This document shows positions 59,722 to 64,000 of a DNA stretch of 64,000 nucleotides, piece by piece. The notes beneath the pieces were generated by a model. That model ran no database searches, had not been told where the DNA came from, and saw only the letters and a list, made by a program, of their open reading frames with translations. Positions within the stretch are counted from its first letter, which is position 1, and the number at the start of each line of letters is the position of its first letter. The DNA comes from an uncultured Ruficoccus sp. (GTDB lineage: Bacteria > Verrucomicrobiota > Verrucomicrobiia > Opitutales > Cerasicoccaceae): assembly GCA_965140785.1 (NCBI GenBank), contig OZ223496.1:96001-160000 (forward strand), given 5' to 3'. The position numbers and the translations under genes are program-made.

Positions 59722-61077
59722 TTAAAGGCTGCTTGAGTGCGAGCGTACAATCAGCGGCAGCATCTGCCCACGCCGGAATAGCGTGACCTGCCCGCTGCTG
59801 GCGGAAACCACCATCGCGATGCAGTCGGTGGCGATGGAGATGGCGTTGGCCGCGGCGTGACGGGTACCCAGACCGCTGGGCAGCTCGTGGCTGTAGTCCG
59901 GGGCGTGAATCATACTCCCGGCCGCCTCCAGCACACCGTCGCCGTTGATCAGGAACGCCCCGTCGATGAAGGAGAATTCCTTCACCGTCTCGTCCATGAA
60001 GGGATTGAGGATGTTGCGCTCCTCCCGCTCGTAGCCTTGAAAGGGGTTGAGCACGAGCTGCTTCACGTAGGGCTTGATCTTCTCGGCCTCGCCGATGACA
60101 AAGAGCGTGCCGATCGGCTTGCCCTCACGGCCCTCGACGGAGAGCTCGGTGGCGATGCCGAGCACACGCTCGAGGACCTCCGGCTTGACCGAGGCCGGCA
60201 GCATATCGCTCTGGCGGGTGAAGACCGACTGGAACTCCCGCTCTACATCCACCACCACCAGCGTGTCGAACTGATTACTCTGCGGGATGCCTCCGACGCA
60301 GCAGAGCCGCTCGTTACTCTTGATCAGGCCGCGGGTCAGCCCGATGAGCATCGCGCTGCGCAACTGGGAAAGGCGGTTGAAGCCGAACGCGCGCACCGGG
60401 ATAATGGAGTTGAAGGCGCGCTTGGCCTGCGCCACCTCCGAGACTGACTGGGTGACGAGCAGGGTTTTGAAGTCCCCGAAATCGTCGGCGGCGTCCACGC
60501 CCCCGGCAAAGGTATCCCCAAAAACCATGACCGCTGAGCACTTTGCGCCGGTGGCGATCTTGACGGCCTCACGCAGGATGAGGCGGTTAAATTTGTTGTC
60601 CTTGGTGCGCTTCTGGTCGCGCGGCCGGCCAAAGGCGTCAGCCACGTTCTTGCGCAACGTCTCGACATCGGGCGAGGCGATGAGCCGCTCGACCATAGCA
60701 GGCTCCTGAAAAGTCCGCGCGAGCGAGGCCAATACATTGAGGTAGGACTTTTCACGCTCGGAGGCCAGCAGCAGGAAAATCAATCGCAGGTCCTTGTACT
60801 CGCCGTGCCCGTCGAACTCCAGCCCGTCCGGGCAACGTCCGATAGCGAACATGTACGGACGCTTCATCGGGATGCGCACGTGCGGCAGGGCAATCCCGCT
60901 GCCCAGATAGGTCGTCATCGTCTGCTCCCGCTCCAGTAGCTCCTCCAGCAACTGCTTGCGGTTGAACTTCTGGCCGGGCGTGTCGCAGACCTCGAGCAGT
61001 TCCTTCAGCGCACCTTCGAGGTCACGGCTGACCAGGTCGACAATCCGGTTTTTGGCGATGTAACGGTCCAGGCGCAT
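59722..61077 (-). CDS. PTS EIIA domain fused to diadenylate cyclase (DacZ/CdaZ-like)
   Basis: N-terminal LEREQTMTTYLGSGIALPH (EIIA); C-terminal EGREGKPIGTLF, IDGAF, GLGTRHAAA (DAC). Confidence 0.88.
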   Translation of the reverse strand: MRLDRYIAKNRIVDLVSRDLEGALKELLEVCDTPGQKFNRKQLLEELLEREQTMTTYLGSGIALPHVRIPMKRPYMFAIGRCPDGLEFDGHGEYKDLRLIFLLLASEREKSYLNVLASLARTFQEPAMVERLIASPDVETLRKNVADAFGRPRDQKRTKDNKFNRLILREAVKIATGAKCSAVMVFGDTFAGGVDAADDFGDFKTLLVTQSVSEVAQAKRAFNSIIPVRAFGFNRLSQLRSAMLIGLTRGLIKSNERLCCVGGIPQSNQFDTLVVVDVEREFQSVFTRQSDMLPASVKPEVLERVLGIATELSVEGREGKPIGTLFVIGEAEKIKPYVKQLVLNPFQGYEREERNILNPFMDETVKEFSFIDGAFLINGDGVLEAAGSMIHAPDYSHELPSGLGTRHAAANAISIATDCIAMVVSASSGQVTLFRRGQMLPLIVRSHSSSL

Positions 61078-61251
61078 GAGAGACTCAGGGGTTGGCAGTC
61101 GGTTCGGAGGGTGAGGAAACGGAAAAGGGAACGCCGGCGAACATTCGGGCGGCTCGCGGCTCAGGTTCAAACCAAACCGGCGGCTGCCTTCTCAGGCGAA
61201 CGTGCGCTGTTTTGCTTCCCTGGGTTTCTGCCATCCGCTTACTGTCCTAAC

Positions 61252-61626
61252 CTAGCTCTCCCACTTGAGGCCGCCTTTTTTCATCTCGTAGGCGAAGCCG
61301 ACCGTCAAAATAAACAGGAAAAACAGGACCGGCAGCAGAATCGGTAGTTGGCCCACGATGAACTCGCGGTAAACCAGCACCCACGGGATGAGGAAGACGA
61401 CCTCGATATCGAAAAGGATGAACAGCATCGCCACGACGTAGAACTTCACCCCGAAGCGCGGGTGGAATTTGCCGGTGGACACCAGGCCGCATTCATAGGC
61501 GGCATCCTTGGTATAATTGCCCTTGGCCCGCTGGCCGAACATATGGCTGGCGATCAGAATGCCCGCTGCAATCGCAACGGCCAAAACAATCTGAATCAGG
61601 ACGGGAACGTAGGCTTCGACGCTCAT
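61252..61626 (-). CDS. nuoA: NADH-quinone oxidoreductase subunit A
   Basis: YECG, FYVVAMLFILFDIEVVFL.PW, YEMKKGGLKW. Confidence 0.95.
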   Translation of the reverse strand: MSVEAYVPVLIQIVLAVAIAAGILIASHMFGQRAKGNYTKDAAYECGLVSTGKFHPRFGVKFYVVAMLFILFDIEVVFLIPWVLVYREFIVGQLPILLPVLFFLFILTVGFAYEMKKGGLKWES

Positions 61627-61739
61627 GAGCGTTAATCCAAACCAAGCCGGCGCTTTTGGCAAGACGCTTTGTCATCAAAAGCAATCCCGCCCGCGACCTC
61701 GACGAATAAATCCGCATCCCCTCCGCGCGCCGAACTGCC

Positions 61740-61799
61740 TTATTCTTTTAAGAAGAACGCCAGCCAAATGGTCGGGCGCACTGTTTGTGTCCATCCAAT
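61740..61799 (-). pseudogene. Remnant 3' end of a cupin gene
   Basis: Reads IGWTQTVRPTIWLAFFLKE*, similar to VEFTPAGKPTVWLALFWKVKE of the cupin at 62503-62919. Confidence 0.5.
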
Positions 61800-61842
61800 T
61801 GGAGTAGACACTGGCGCGCCCGCCCCTATATCCATATCGGGC

Positions 61843-62556
61843 ATGCCATCCTTTATCCTGCGCCGCTTTGTCTGCCTTTTTCCGTTAGCGCTTCTGATTT
61901 ACCTACTGACTGGCTGCGCCCCCTCCGCCACTCCGTCTCCAGCAAACGGTTCGCCCATGGCAGTGGACTCAGACCCGTCCGTCGAAGCTGAGGAGATTAC
62001 GCCCGCAAACATCGCCAAATGGTGCCAATGCGACATCGAACTCACGCCCACCGATGTCTCTGCAGAGATGATAAAATCAGGCCACCCCCCTGGCACCTGG
62101 GCCTACAACTACACGCGCAAAGGCACTCCCACTCCCCTCCTCACGATTATCATCTCTCCGTTAAGTGAGGAACTCCGTCTCATGATTATCTCGCTGTCCA
62201 TCGTTGATGGTATACGCCGCGAGTCCCGACAACCAGACCCGTTCTCCATCGCTCTGAGCTACGCCCTGAACAAATCAGTCCCGACTCCCAACGATTATTA
62301 CCCGCTGATTCGCTTTGAGGACAGTGGCTTTAAGGGATGGATGATGATGGTGGATGAAGTTGAAAGCGGGCTCTCTGGTTTGGTTTTCGGCGTATCGGAA
62401 CAGTACGATAAAGAGTTTCTGCTCCTGTTCCCACCTTCTGATGACGGGCAAGAATCCTTGTTTTCCCTCAGCCCCCTCGAGGAAAATGCCTTGTTGCAAC
62501 GCTTATTCAGGCAAGTGGCCGCTCAGATCGCCGCCGAGAGTTCCAACCAACCGTAG
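61843..62556 (+). CDS. Hypothetical lipoprotein
   Basis: MPSFILRR + hydrophobic stretch + lipobox LTG|C. Confidence 0.65.
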   Translation: MPSFILRRFVCLFPLALLIYLLTGCAPSATPSPANGSPMAVDSDPSVEAEEITPANIAKWCQCDIELTPTDVSAEMIKSGHPPGTWAYNYTRKGTPTPLLTIIISPLSEELRLMIISLSIVDGIRRESRQPDPFSIALSYALNKSVPTPNDYYPLIRFEDSGFKGWMMMVDEVESGLSGLVFGVSEQYDKEFLLLFPPSDDGQESLFSLSPLEENALLQRLFRQVAAQIAAESSNQP

Positions 62557-62919
62557 GGACTCGCAACCGCTTCCCGCGTACCGTTCCTTCACTTTCCAGA
62601 AGAGTGCCAGCCAGACCGTGGGCTTGCCCGCCGGTGTAAACTCGACCCGGTGGCGGCGGTGGGCGCGAATGAGCAGGTGATCGCCAGGAGCGAGTTCGCG
62701 TACATCCGCCTCGTCCTCGAAGCGCAGCCCTGCCGCCCCCTCGACCAGCAGCACCCACTCGTGCTCCTCCTGGTCGTACCAAAAGTCCGGCGGTGAGGCT
62801 TGCCCCTGCGAGACGATCCGCTCCAGCCGAAAACTCCCCGCCCCGCGCAGCAGCACGTCCGTCACCTCGTCCGGGAGCGCCTCGGGCAGATCGCGGAAAA
62901 GATTCTCGCACCGATCCAT
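62503..62919 (-). CDS. Cupin-domain protein
   Basis: RLERIVSQGQASPPDFWYDQEEHEWVLL, PGDHLLIRAHRRHRV. Confidence 0.85.
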   Translation of the reverse strand: MDRCENLFRDLPEALPDEVTDVLLRGAGSFRLERIVSQGQASPPDFWYDQEEHEWVLLVEGAAGLRFEDEADVRELAPGDHLLIRAHRRHRVEFTPAGKPTVWLALFWKVKERYAGSGCESLRLVGTLGGDLSGHLPE

Positions 62920-63001
62920 GCAGATGTGCTTATGCTCCCGCTTGCCCCCTTGACGATGGAAAAGCGGGGGTAAATGCCATTTACTGCTTTACACATCATA
63001 A

Positions 63002-63019
63002 CATCAAGATACGTTGATG
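63002..63019. promoter_or_regulatory. SahR-like operator upstream of metF
   Basis: CATCAA-GATACG-TTGATG palindrome 5 nt before the metF ATG. Confidence 0.55.
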
Positions 63020-63024
63020 CGTCT

Positions 63025-63926
63025 ATGAATAAACCCGGTCGCGCCATTTCCGACATGCTTTCAGCGGGAGAGCCCGTCTTTTCCGTAGAATTTTATCCCC
63101 CCAAAACTGAGGAGGGGGCCCGCCAGATCCTGCGCTCCGGCAAGGCCCTGTCCGCGTTCGCACCCGACTTCGTCTCCATCACCTACGGGGCCGGGGGCTC
63201 CACCCGTGAGCGCACGCTGGAGTACGGCGAGCTGCTGCGCGACCTCTTCAATTTCGAGGTCATGCCGCACCTGACCTGCGTGGGCCACTCCCGCGACGAG
63301 TTGACCGGCATCCTGGAGCGCTTCCAGCAGGCGGGCTTCCGCAACATCATGACCCTGCGCGGCGACCCGCCCAAGGGCAAAACAGACTTCCAGCCGCACC
63401 CCGACGGCCTGCGCTACGCCTCGGAGCTGGTCGGCTTCATCCGCGAGCGTTTCCCTCACTTCTGCCTCGGCGTGGCCGGCTACCCCGAGAAGCATCCCGA
63501 GTCCCCCAGCCTGGAGGACGACCTCGGCCGCCTCTGCCATAAGGTCGCCCAGGGCGCGGACTTCATCACCACCCAGCTCTTTTTCGACAACGCCGACTAC
63601 TTTTTCCTTCGTGGATAAATGCCGTGCCCACGGCATCAAGCAGCCCATCATCCCCGGCATCCTCCCGGCCCTTTCGCTCGACCAGGTGAAGAAGTTCTGC
63701 GGCTTCTGCCAGGCCACCCTGCCCGACGAACTCGTCCGCCAACTCGAAGCCGTCGGCGGCGACGAGGGACGCCGAACGCCGCGTCGGCGTGGAGTGGGCG
63801 CACGCCCAGGTCAAACAACTCCTGGAGGCCGGTGCCCCCGGCGTGCACCTCTACATCCTCAACCGCTCCGCCTCCGCCATCGACCTGGTCCAGGCCCTGC
63901 ATAGCGACGGCATCCTGCGCCGCTAG
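63025..63926 (+). CDS. metF: Methylenetetrahydrofolate reductase, two frameshifts
   Basis: SVEFYPPK, SITYGAGG, PHLTC, LRGDPP, AGYPEKH, TQLFFD, HLYILN; extra T in run 63601-63605 and extra G near 63766-63768. Confidence 0.9.
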
Positions 63927-64000
63927 GCAATATCGGTGCAATAACTGCCTGAAAGCCTTGAATAAGGAACACAGAGCCCTCTCCCACCCCGAAGGAGTTG

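Overview
GC-rich bacterial chromosome segment, most consistent with Verrucomicrobiota (Opitutae-like), judged from the PEP-CTERM proteins, prepilin/H-X9-DG and Verru_Chthon-type pilin-like proteins, mcsA-mcsB-clpC and a lone nuoA. Positions 1-36.3 kb form an accessory carbohydrate/organic-acid utilisation region with three modules. (1) A LacI module: pilin-like cassette protein, sialate O-acetylesterase, two clan-A glycoside hydrolases, a PEP-CTERM protein and an SGNH esterase, marked by five TCGAAC-N-GTTCG(A) palindromes, three of them exactly 11 bp upstream of a TTGACA. (2) An AraC-flanked uronate/sugar-acid catabolic module: GH105/88, IolB/KduI, RraA-type aldolase, two SDRs, DgoD-like dehydratase and a GPH transporter. 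(3) A ROK module: PEP-CTERM-like protein, GH2, TauE, prepilin H-X9-DG protein, ArgH-like lyase, MmgE/PrpD and an esterase, marked by three AT-rich ACTAGT-centred sites. Positions 36.3-64 kb are mostly core genes (flavodoxin, HemS-like, prs, lpxD, skp, bamA, dnaB, clpC/mcsB/mcsA, PhoD-like, tolB, mrp, rpmG, OprB porin, PTS-EIIA-diadenylate cyclase, nuoA, metF) with small inserted genes and palindromic elements. Several genes after 35 kb, including essential bamA, carry 1-2 nt frameshifts that look like sequencing/assembly errors. I recognised no rRNA, tRNA, CRISPR array or transposase. All family assignments come from motif recognition by eye, not from database searches.
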